NCBI GenBank assembly: GCA_945861755.1
Contig: CAMAVQ010000009.1
Coordinates: 455 to 64,454 of the forward strand
Direction: 5' to 3'
Source of the DNA: Gemmatimonas phototrophica
GTDB lineage: Bacteria; Latescibacterota; UBA2968; UBA8231
DNA: 64,000 nucleotides
Shown: in pieces, positions 36,583 to 45,156 of the stretch
How positions within the stretch are numbered: the stretch's first letter is position 1
Layout: the number at the start of each line of letters is the position of its first letter
Notes under the pieces: model-generated
What the model saw: only the letters and a program-made list of their open reading frames with translations
Told to the model about the DNA's origin: nothing
Databases searched by the model: none
Translations under genes and position numbers: made by a program

Positions 36583-38253
36583 ATGACTAGCTATTGGCCC
36601 CTTGCGACCTTGGCCCTGCTGCTGGCCGGTTGCAGCCGGGAGGAGACTCCAGCCAATCCCACCCTGGTCAAGGTGGGAGACCAGCCGATCACCGCCGAAG
36701 AGTTGCAGCGCTTCGAGGCCGGACTGCCGGCGCGGCTGCGGAGCGGCGGGGGTCGGCGGCAAAATCTGCAGAGCCTGGTAGATCGCCGGTTGCTGGTGCT
36801 GGAAGCCCGCAAACGCGGCCTCGACCAGTCGCCCCAGGTGCAACAGGCCCTGGAGGAGCAGCTTACCAGGAAAGTGATCGAGCAGGTGAACGAAGTGGAG
36901 ATCGAGGCCAAGCAGCAGGCACCCACCGAAGAGGAGATGAAGGCGGCGTACGAGCGCCACCAGCTGGGCTGGCAGGTGTGGCCGGCCCATATTCTCTCGG
37001 CCACCAAAGCCGATGCCGAGCAGGTGATCCTCGCTCTCAAGGGAGGGGAGGATTTTGCCAGCCTGGCCAAGCAGCGCTCTCAGGCCGAAGACGCGGAGCG
37101 GGGCGGGGACCTGGGCAAGTTCTTCGGCGGAGAAGACGCGATACCGGTCCTGCGCGAGGGGACCTTTGAACTGCCGGTGGGAGGTTTCAGCCAGCCCATC
37201 CAGACCAAGGATGGCTACGAGGTGGTCAAAATCCTCGACAAGCGCCGCATCCCCTACGAAAAGATGCGCGACACCATTGTCAAGCAGATGAAGCAGCTCA
37301 AATGGGCCGCACGCCGCCAACAATATCTTAACGGCTTGAAGGAGCGGTTCCAGATGCGCAACCACGGGGAGGTGGTCCAGGCCGTGTTGCAGGCGGCCAA
37401 GGAGGGGACCAAACTTCCCCCCGAGGTGGCCGCAGGGCCGCTGGTCTCCTACCAAGGTGGCGCCTTGTTGGCGGGGGTCTGCGTCGAACGTATGCCCCAG
37501 TGGACCAAGGGACCGCTGCCCGCCGACAGCCTGGGCCTCTTCAACACCCTCGACCTGTGGGTGCTGCCCGACACCCTGATGGCCCTGGCTGGCCGGGCCG
37601 AGGGCCGCGACCGCCAGCCGGAAATCCTGGCGTGGAAAGAGAAAAAGTGGGAGGAGTTGGCCGTGGACCAGCTCTTCGCCGAGCAGATTTCCGCTCAGGT
37701 GAAGGTGGACCCCGCGGAGGCCGAGCGTTATTACCAGGAACACCAGGACGATTTCAAGGTTTTGCCTGGGGAGGTGCAGTTGACCGAGGTCCTGGTGGAC
37801 ACCGAGGCCGAGGCCCGCAAGGTGCTGCGGGCCGCCCAGGCCGGGGAAAAACTAGAGGTACTGGCCGAGAAGTACTCGCGCCGGCCCAAGATGAAGCCGC
37901 TGGGCGGGCACCTTTACAAAGGCAGGGGACAGATGGTCGTCTCTTCTATGTACCATTCGCCCTACCACGACTTTTTCGGCGATGCCAATACCAAGGATGT
38001 GGGCGTGCTGCAGGGGCCGCTGCTAGTGCAAGACAAGTACAGCATTTTCCGCCTGGACCACCCGGTGATGCCCGCGCCTCTGCCTCTGAGCCAGGTGCGG
38101 CGGCCCATCCTTCACCGGTTTCGCAAGGAGCGCGAGGCGGCGGTCTTCGATCAGTACATCGCCGGGCTGCGCAGCCAGTACGCCGACCAGGTCAAATGGT
38201 TCGAGGACACTCTGGCGCGTCTGGAGTCGCCGCCGGCCGCAGCGACCAAATGA
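36583..38253 (+). CDS. Parvulin-type peptidyl-prolyl isomerase lipoprotein (SurA/PrsA/PpiD-like)
   Basis: Lipobox 'LLAGC'; 'AHIL..GEDFASLAKQRS..GGDLG..SQPIQTKDGYEVVK'; second degenerate parvulin domain. Confidence 0.85.
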   Translation: MTSYWPLATLALLLAGCSREETPANPTLVKVGDQPITAEELQRFEAGLPARLRSGGGRRQNLQSLVDRRLLVLEARKRGLDQSPQVQQALEEQLTRKVIEQVNEVEIEAKQQAPTEEEMKAAYERHQLGWQVWPAHILSATKADAEQVILALKGGEDFASLAKQRSQAEDAERGGDLGKFFGGEDAIPVLREGTFELPVGGFSQPIQTKDGYEVVKILDKRRIPYEKMRDTIVKQMKQLKWAARRQQYLNGLKERFQMRNHGEVVQAVLQAAKEGTKLPPEVAAGPLVSYQGGALLAGVCVERMPQWTKGPLPADSLGLFNTLDLWVLPDTLMALAGRAEGRDRQPEILAWKEKKWEELAVDQLFAEQISAQVKVDPAEAERYYQEHQDDFKVLPGEVQLTEVLVDTEAEARKVLRAAQAGEKLEVLAEKYSRRPKMKPLGGHLYKGRGQMVVSSMYHSPYHDFFGDANTKDVGVLQGPLLVQDKYSIFRLDHPVMPAPLPLSQVRRPILHRFRKEREAAVFDQYIAGLRSQYADQVKWFEDTLARLESPPAAATK

Positions 38254-40268
38254 AGGAGCGCCTGCTGGCGCTGGGGCTGGGGGTCTTGTTGGTGCTGGCC
38301 CTCGAAGGGGGCCTGCGCCTCTTCCCCGGCCTGGCGCCTCCCCCCTTTGTTCTCGAACTGGCCAGGCAGGGAGCACAAGCTCTATTCACCGTCAATCCGG
38401 CCTACCCGCGCCGCTTCTTCACTGGCGCCTTGGCAGATCAGGCCGCCCCTGGGGGCATACGTATGACCCCCCATCCCTTTGTTGAACCCCGCCCATCTTC
38501 TGCCTTCCGAGTGGTCCTCGCCGGCGAATCGACGGTGCAGGGCTACCCGCACCCACGCCGTCTCAGCGCTGGGGCGTACCTGCAGGCCATGTTACAAGAT
38601 GCCTGGCCTCAGCGCCAGGTGGAGGTGTTCAACGCCGGCATCACCGCGGTCAGCAGTTTTGCCGTGGCCAGGACCGTGGAGGATGTGATGGTGTTGCATC
38701 CCGACCTAATGGTGGTCTACACCGGGCACAATGAACTCTACGGGGTGTACGGCGCTGCCTCGCTCAAGCAGGGGGGGGGATCGGTGTGGACCAAGTCGCT
38801 TTATTATGAGCTGATGCAGGCCCGGCTGACGCGGTTGTTGGGGACGGGGCTGGCGCGGTTGGGCGGCGAGGCCCCGGCTAGCCGCACCTCGCTGCTCCAG
38901 GTGATGGCCCAGGCCGGCACCCTGGCCCCGGACGATCCGCGGCGACAGCGGGCCAGCCGCACCTTGGAAGAGAACCTCACCCAGATCGGCCGTTATTGCC
39001 GCGAGGCAAACCTTCCCCTGGTGCTGTGTACCTTGGTCAGCAACGAGACCGGCTTTGCCCCGGCTGAGGCCGCGCCGCTGCTGCCGCAACCGCAATTGGA
39101 GGAGTGGAACCGGCGCCTGGAAGAGGTCGGCACCCTGCTGGCGGGGACGCCGGACGCCGGGCAGGCCCGGCGGGCGCTTGGCCTGCTCGACGAGGCAGCG
39201 GTTCTCGGTGCGGCTGACGCTCGTCTGCAGTTCTACCGCGGCCAATGCCTGCAGGTGCTGGGGGAGGGAGTCGAGGCTCACGCGGCCTTTGTGCAGGCGC
39301 GGGATGGAGATCCCCGGCCCTGGCGGGCACCTTCTGCATACAACCCACTCATCCGGCAGGTGGCCCAGGCCGAAGCGGCGCGCCTGGCCGAGGTGGCCGA
39401 GGCCTTCGCCCAGGCCAGCCCGGTGGCGGGGGTGGGCTGGGAACTGATGGCCGACCACCTGCACCCGTCGGCGCCGGGTCAGGTGCTGCTGGCCCGCACC
39501 ATCGCCCACACCCTGCTGTCCCCCGAGGAGGAGGCGCGGCTGCGCAGCGACGGGGAATACCGCGCCCAGCAGGGCGACCTGCCGGTGGAAAAGCTGGCGG
39601 TGTGCCGGGCCATGATCACCCTGCTCAGCGAGCCGCCGCTCAACACCAGCGATCCGGAGCACGTGGCGCAGCTAGAGCAGGAGAGCCAAGAGCGCTGGGC
39701 GGCCTTGAGTCCGGCGGAGCAGGCCGGCTGCGAGCGCTGGGCGGCCGGCCGGGGACCGGAACTGCTGGTCCTCAACGTGGCTGACCAGGCTTTTGCCAAC
39801 CGGGATTTCGCCCTGGCCCGCACCTACTACCAGGCAGCCCGGCTAGAGGAACCGTACACGGTGTGGGGGGATCTGTGGGCCACCCTGCGTTGGGGCCGCT
39901 GCCAGGAGTTGCAGGGGGCATTGGCAGCGGGGACCAGGGAGGAGTTGGAAGCGGCGATGGGCAGGGCGCGGCTGCTGGCCCTGGCCCCAGACTTCGATCC
40001 GGCCCTGCTGGTTTTTTTTGAGGGCTACGCCCTGCATCTGCTGGGCCGGCGCGCCGAGGCAGCCGCCCGGCTGGAGCAGGCGGCCGCCGACCCGGGCATC
40101 CAGCGCACCTTCACCTTCGATCTGCTCTCGCTGCTGACCGAGGAGTTGGTGGCCCTAGGCCGGCATGCCGAGGCCGAGCAGAAGGTGGTGCAGATCACCG
40201 GGCCCCTGGGGCAGCGGGAGTTCGGCCAGCAATTGCTGAACTCCATCCGCGCGGCAGCGGCCCACTAG
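38250..40268 (+). CDS. SGNH/GDSL-like hydrolase domain protein with TPR-like repeats
   Basis: N-terminal TM; 'GESTVQG', 'EVFNAG', 'YTGHNE', 'DHLHP'; ATGA overlap with PPIase stop. Confidence 0.8.
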   Translation: MKERLLALGLGVLLVLALEGGLRLFPGLAPPPFVLELARQGAQALFTVNPAYPRRFFTGALADQAAPGGIRMTPHPFVEPRPSSAFRVVLAGESTVQGYPHPRRLSAGAYLQAMLQDAWPQRQVEVFNAGITAVSSFAVARTVEDVMVLHPDLMVVYTGHNELYGVYGAASLKQGGGSVWTKSLYYELMQARLTRLLGTGLARLGGEAPASRTSLLQVMAQAGTLAPDDPRRQRASRTLEENLTQIGRYCREANLPLVLCTLVSNETGFAPAEAAPLLPQPQLEEWNRRLEEVGTLLAGTPDAGQARRALGLLDEAAVLGAADARLQFYRGQCLQVLGEGVEAHAAFVQARDGDPRPWRAPSAYNPLIRQVAQAEAARLAEVAEAFAQASPVAGVGWELMADHLHPSAPGQVLLARTIAHTLLSPEEEARLRSDGEYRAQQGDLPVEKLAVCRAMITLLSEPPLNTSDPEHVAQLEQESQERWAALSPAEQAGCERWAAGRGPELLVLNVADQAFANRDFALARTYYQAARLEEPYTVWGDLWATLRWGRCQELQGALAAGTREELEAAMGRARLLALAPDFDPALLVFFEGYALHLLGRRAEAAARLEQAAADPGIQRTFTFDLLSLLTEELVALGRHAEAEQKVVQITGPLGQREFGQQLLNSIRAAAAH

Positions 40269-40293
40269 GCGGGCTTTTCCCCGGGATCGGTCC

Positions 40294-40425
40294 GTGGGAT
40301 GCCCTCTCCGGCGTTTCTGCAGTCCCGGACCTTCTCCCCCGCTCCTTAAACTACGCTTCCCCCGACCCCGCCCTGCGGTCCTGCCCCCGGCCTCTCCCCC
40401 AGAAACGCCTACAGCGCATTCCCAC
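40294..40425 (+). repeat. Diverged copy 4 of the ~135-bp element
   Basis: Ends GTGGGATG..GGCGTTTCTG / CAGAAACGCC..CATTCCCAC; interior alignable to copy 1. Confidence 0.65.
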
Positions 40426-40449
40426 GTCCCTCAGGTGCTGAATATCGAC

Positions 40450-40583
40450 GGGGAGATGACCCTGAGGCTTTTCCCGGGGAGTGGTTGGGGAGGGAAGTCC
40501 GCGTGGTGGTGGGCCGGGTAGCGGGGCGAAGCGAGCGAGGGTGAAGGACGCGCCTGGGGAAAAGCCGGAATGGGTCGCTCCCC
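40450..40583 (-). repeat. ~135-bp palindromic element, copy 5
   Basis: Reverse complement closely matches copy 1 (GGGGAGCGACCCATTCCGGCTTTTCCCCAGGCGCGTCC...). Confidence 0.9.
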
Positions 40584-40595
40584 GGCGATCTCTCG

Positions 40596-42335
40596 CTACT
40601 GGCGCGAGAGTCCCTCACCTTCGCGCACTATCAGGAACTGGTCGGCGGCCACGTCGGTGAACTGCTGCACCTGGCCGCTGGGCCAGCGGATTTCCAACTG
40701 ATCCACCTGCTGGTGATTGCCCAGGCCAAAGTGCAGGCGCAGGTCGCTGGAGGACAGGTAGCTGCGGCCGGGGCGCACTTCCTGCACCTGCACCAAATTT
40801 CCGGCCACGACCTTCACCCGTGCGCCGATGCCGTCCCGGTTGCTCTGCACGCCCAGGGTCCGCAGCGAGAGCCAGTGGTGATCCTCGGTCCCCTCGTTGC
40901 GCAGCAGGGCCAGGGGTTGGCCCAGATTGATGACCAGCAGGTCGAGATCCCCGTCGTTGTCGTAATCCCCCGCGGCGCTGCCTCGCCCCACCTGCGCCGC
41001 CTGCATGCCGGGGCCGGCGCTCAGGCCCAGCTCGGCAAAGGCGATCTTGCCATACTGGTTGAAACCCTCGTTGTGGAAGAGCAATCGGCGCTGGGCGTAG
41101 GTGGTGGACTGGTCGTAGAGCTCGACGTTGTCCAACACGTGGCCGTTGGCGACGAAGAGATCCTGCCAGCCGTCGTTGTCGTAGTCGAGGAACTGGGTGC
41201 CAAAGCCCAGGAAGGGCAGGCTGACCAGGCCCACCCCACAAGCATAGGTCTCATTGACAAAATAGCCCTTGCCCTGGTTGTGGTACAGGGCGTTGGGCTC
41301 GGCCTGAAAGTTGGTCACCGTCAGGTCCTGGCGCCCGTCGTTGTCGTAGTCGGCCGCATCTACGCCCATGCCCGCCTCCATCTGGCCGTCCTGGCCATAG
41401 GCCACCCCGGCTTCGGCGGCCCGCTCCTCAAAGGCGCCCTTGCCCAGGTTGTGGTAGAGGGCGTTGCGCACCCCGTCGTTGGCCACATACAGATCCGGCC
41501 AACCGTCGTCGTCACAGTCGAAGAAGACGACGCCCAGTCCCTTGCCCTGCGCATTGTACAGGCCGGCCTGCCGGGTGTAATCGACAAAGCGGCCGGCCCC
41601 CTCGTTGCGGTAGAGGATGTTGGCGGCCCCGGGGAAATTGGCCGGGTGGGGATAGCCTTTGACCCCAGGGGAGGTGCTGCTCTTGGCGGAGATCATGTAC
41701 GGGGTGGCGTCCTCCCGCTGCTGGTCGGGCTGGTATTCGACGTAATTGGCGACGAAGAGATCCAGATCCCCGTCGCGGTCGTAATCGCCAAAGGCGCAAC
41801 TGGTGCTCCAGCGCGGGTCAGCCACGCCAGCCCGCGCGCCCACCTCGGCGAAGCGGCCAGTGCCTTCGTTGCGATAGAGGGCGTTGGGGCCAAAGCTGCT
41901 CAGGTAGAGGTCCTCGTCCCCGTCGTTGTCGTAATCGCCCACGGCGCAGCCCATGCCAAAGCCGGGATCAGCCACCCCGGCCTGGGCGCCCACCTCGACA
42001 AAGCCACTGGCCCCCTCGTTGCGGAAGAGGGCGTCTACAGGAGCTTGGGTCCCCGGCGGGGGACCGTCGATCCAGGCGCCGTTGATGGCGAAGACGTCCA
42101 GATCCCCGTCCCCGTCGTAATCGATGAAGGCCCCGCCCCCGCACATGGTTTCGGGGAAGTATTTGTGCGGGCTGGCGCCGTTGACCTGGGTGAAATGCAG
42201 GCCACTCTGGGCGGCCACGTCGGTGAATTGCACCGGGGAAGGCGATGGAGGGGGCGGACCAGATTGCGGGCCGGGTTCCTGGGCGGGCTGCTGGCCGCAG
42301 GCCCACAGCCACCAGACCAGGCAGAGACGGATCAC
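40596..42335 (-). CDS. CRTAC1/ASPIC-UnbV family FG-GAP repeat protein
   Basis: Repeated 'GDYDNDGDxDL'; C-terminal 'NRDGIGARV..YLSSSDLRLHFGLG..LEIRWPSG'. Confidence 0.92.
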   Translation of the reverse strand: MIRLCLVWWLWACGQQPAQEPGPQSGPPPPSPSPVQFTDVAAQSGLHFTQVNGASPHKYFPETMCGGGAFIDYDGDGDLDVFAINGAWIDGPPPGTQAPVDALFRNEGASGFVEVGAQAGVADPGFGMGCAVGDYDNDGDEDLYLSSFGPNALYRNEGTGRFAEVGARAGVADPRWSTSCAFGDYDRDGDLDLFVANYVEYQPDQQREDATPYMISAKSSTSPGVKGYPHPANFPGAANILYRNEGAGRFVDYTRQAGLYNAQGKGLGVVFFDCDDDGWPDLYVANDGVRNALYHNLGKGAFEERAAEAGVAYGQDGQMEAGMGVDAADYDNDGRQDLTVTNFQAEPNALYHNQGKGYFVNETYACGVGLVSLPFLGFGTQFLDYDNDGWQDLFVANGHVLDNVELYDQSTTYAQRRLLFHNEGFNQYGKIAFAELGLSAGPGMQAAQVGRGSAAGDYDNDGDLDLLVINLGQPLALLRNEGTEDHHWLSLRTLGVQSNRDGIGARVKVVAGNLVQVQEVRPGRSYLSSSDLRLHFGLGNHQQVDQLEIRWPSGQVQQFTDVAADQFLIVREGEGLSRQ

Positions 42336-43834
42336 CGCAGGGCGTCGAGGCGCTGTTGGGCGGCCTTGGCCAGCCCAGGGTCTCCCTTCCAGCCGTCCAG
42401 GAAGGCGCGGTAGGCGCGGCGGGCCTCAGCTTGCTGGCCGCGCTCTTCGTAGAGGGAACCCAGGGCAAAGTGGGCCCGCAGGTAGGTGGAGTCGGCGGCC
42501 AGGGCCTGGCGGTACTGGTCTTCGGCCTGCTGCAGCTTATGCTGGCGCAGGTACAGGCCGCCCAGATTGTAATGGGCTTCGGCCAATTGGGGTGCTGCCT
42601 GCAGGGCGCGGCGAAAGTCCTGCTCGGCGGCGGCCTGGTCGCCCTGGAGAATGTGCAGGTTGCCCAAGTTGTTCCAGACCTCGGCGTAGTCGGGCTGGAG
42701 TTTGAGGGCCTGGTCAAAGGCCTGTTTGGCCGGGTCCAGCTGGCCGGCGTTCAGGCGCAGGTACCCCAGGGCGAAATAGGCCTGGGCAGTCCGGGGATCG
42801 GCCGGGTGGCGGGCCACGGCCAGGGCAAAGAGGGAGTCGGCCTCGTGCTTCTGGTTCTTTTTCAGGTACAGGTTGCCCAGTTTGATCAGGGTCTCCAACT
42901 GGTCGGGGTTGCCGGCCAGGATGGCGTGGTAATGGCGCAGGGCCGGCTCGATCTGCCCCAGTTGCAGGTAGTGGTGGGCCAGGGCCAGGCGGGTGTGCAC
43001 ATCCTCCGGGGCGCTGTCCAGGGTGCGCCGCAGCTGGGCGATCTGGGCGGCGTGGTCGCTCAACGCCTCGAAGTCCTTCATAGCCTGGCGGGCCTCGGCC
43101 TCGCGTCCCAGGACCGACAGGGCGGTGGACAGATTGAAATGCCCCTCCACGTGATCGGGGGCCAGTTGCAATACTTGTTGAAAGGCGGCGAGTGCTTCCT
43201 GGGGGCGCCCCTGCTCCAGGTAGAGCAGCCCCAGGTAGCGCCAGGCTTCTGGGGCGCGCGGGTCGAGCTGGGTGGCGCGGCTGAGCAATTCCTCGGCCTC
43301 CGGGTAGCGGCCCTGGCGGGTGCAGATCTGGCCCAGCTGGAGCCGGGCCTCGACCAGACTGGTGTCGGCGGCCAGGGCCTGCTTGAGGGCGGTTTCGGCT
43401 TCGGGGTAGCGAGACTCTTTGGCGTAGAGCAGGGCCAGGCTCTGCAGCACGGGCGGGTACTTGGGCTGGTGGTCGCGTGCCTTTTCGAGCAGGGCGAGGG
43501 CCTCGGGGTACTGGCCCTGGTCGGCCCAGAGCAGGGCCAGATTGTGCAGGACTTCGGCGTCATCGGGGTCCAGGGCAAGGGCCTGCTGGTAACGCTCGAT
43601 GGCCTTGGTGGGCTGGCCCAGCTGGGCCAGCAGGTTGCCCAGGGCGCAATAGGCCGACAGCCAGCTCGGGTCGGCGGCCAACGCCTGTTCGTAGGCGCTC
43701 TGGGCCTCGGCGTAGCGAGCGTGCGCGGCGCTGTCGTTGCCCAGGGCCATGAGCCGGTCGCGCTCGGGGTTGGGGGCCGGCCCGCAGGCAGCAAGGGCCA
43801 GCCCCAGGCCCAGCAGGGCAGCGAGCATTTTCAC
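42332..43834 (-). CDS. Tetratricopeptide repeat lipoprotein
   Basis: Lipobox 'ALAAC'; many TPR units ('AHYNLGGLY..A..YRQAL'). Confidence 0.9.
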   Translation of the reverse strand: MKMLAALLGLGLALAACGPAPNPERDRLMALGNDSAAHARYAEAQSAYEQALAADPSWLSAYCALGNLLAQLGQPTKAIERYQQALALDPDDAEVLHNLALLWADQGQYPEALALLEKARDHQPKYPPVLQSLALLYAKESRYPEAETALKQALAADTSLVEARLQLGQICTRQGRYPEAEELLSRATQLDPRAPEAWRYLGLLYLEQGRPQEALAAFQQVLQLAPDHVEGHFNLSTALSVLGREAEARQAMKDFEALSDHAAQIAQLRRTLDSAPEDVHTRLALAHHYLQLGQIEPALRHYHAILAGNPDQLETLIKLGNLYLKKNQKHEADSLFALAVARHPADPRTAQAYFALGYLRLNAGQLDPAKQAFDQALKLQPDYAEVWNNLGNLHILQGDQAAAEQDFRRALQAAPQLAEAHYNLGGLYLRQHKLQQAEDQYRQALAADSTYLRAHFALGSLYEERGQQAEARRAYRAFLDGWKGDPGLAKAAQQRLDALR

Positions 43835-45153
43835 CGGCCCTCCGACTTGAGCAGCTCGCGGGCCCGCTGCAGCTTGAGGTCCAGGGCTTTGTTTTCGGGC
43901 TGCCGGTTGGTCAGCGGCGCCCAGATGGCGATGGCCTCTTTCACCTGGCCCTGGAGGGCCAGCACGTCGCCCAGCAGTTCGACGCCCCCCAGCAGGGTGG
44001 AGTCGAGGGAGACGGCCTTCAGGAGGGTTTGGCGGGCCTGGTCCAGGTGTTTCTGGTCCTTGTACACGCTGCCCAGGTTGACATAGACAAACCCCTTGTC
44101 CGGCGCCAATTGGATGGCGGTCTGGTACTCCTGCACGGCGCGTTCGAGGTCGCCCTGTTTGTAGTAGATCAAGCCGATGTTGTTGTGGACCTCGGCCAGG
44201 GTGGGGTCCTTGCCCAGGGCGCGCTGGTAATAATCGAGGGCTTTCGGTTCGTCGCCCTGGCGCTGGTACAGGCTGCCCAAGCCCTGGTAGCTGAGGGCGT
44301 AGGTTGAATCGAGGGCCAGGGCTTTCTGGTAATGCTCCTCAGCCAGGCGCAGCTGCCCGAAGCGGGCATAGAGGGCCCCCAGGTTGTAGTGGGGCGGGGC
44401 CAGGTTGGGCGTGCGGCGCACCGCCTCCAGGTAGGGTTGCAACTGGGCGTACTGCTGCTTGAGCTGTTCGGCGCGGCCCAGGAGCAGCTGGGCTTCTCTG
44501 GTTTTGCCCTGGCGCATAAGCACCTGGCCCAAGGCGATGAAGGGTCCCGGCTCCAGGGGGGCCAGGCGGATGGCCCTTTTGAGGGTCTCGGTGGCCTGCT
44601 CGAGCTGGCCGGTCTGCAGATAACACTGGCCTAGCTGGGCCTGGGCCTGGGCATAGGCGCTGGCCGAGGAGTCGATGCGGGCAAATTGATCCACGGCGAT
44701 GGGGAAGTTGCCTTCCCGCTGCTCGATCACGCCCAGGGTGTAGCGGGCCTCGGTAGATCGGGGGTCGATGTCGAGGGCTTCCTGTAGGTACCTCCTGGCC
44801 TGGGCGGCGTCGCCTTTGACATCGTAGCTCACCTTGCCCAGAGCGATGCGCGGGGCCAGGTAGCGGGTGTCCAGCGCGGCGGCCCGCTGCAGCATGGGCT
44901 CGGCGTCCTGGAAGCGGCCCTGGGCGTGCAGGGCGGCGCCCAGCTGGTAGTGGTAGCGCGCCTCGTCGGGGGCCAGTTCCAGGGCCCGGCGGTACGCGAC
45001 TTCGGCTTCGGGATAGTGCCCCTGTTGTTGCAGCCCCATGCCCGATTCAAAGGCGGCCTGGGCTTCGGGGGAGGGGCCGGTGTTGCAGGCGATGCACAGC
45101 AGCAGGGCACCGGCCGGCCACCAGAGGCCGGCTGCAGACGTCTTCACACCCAT
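43831..45153 (-). CDS. Tetratricopeptide repeat (lipo)protein
   Basis: Putative lipobox 'CIAC'; many TPR units. Confidence 0.9.
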   Translation of the reverse strand: MGVKTSAAGLWWPAGALLLCIACNTGPSPEAQAAFESGMGLQQQGHYPEAEVAYRRALELAPDEARYHYQLGAALHAQGRFQDAEPMLQRAAALDTRYLAPRIALGKVSYDVKGDAAQARRYLQEALDIDPRSTEARYTLGVIEQREGNFPIAVDQFARIDSSASAYAQAQAQLGQCYLQTGQLEQATETLKRAIRLAPLEPGPFIALGQVLMRQGKTREAQLLLGRAEQLKQQYAQLQPYLEAVRRTPNLAPPHYNLGALYARFGQLRLAEEHYQKALALDSTYALSYQGLGSLYQRQGDEPKALDYYQRALGKDPTLAEVHNNIGLIYYKQGDLERAVQEYQTAIQLAPDKGFVYVNLGSVYKDQKHLDQARQTLLKAVSLDSTLLGGVELLGDVLALQGQVKEAIAIWAPLTNRQPENKALDLKLQRARELLKSEGR

Positions 45154-45156
45154 CGT

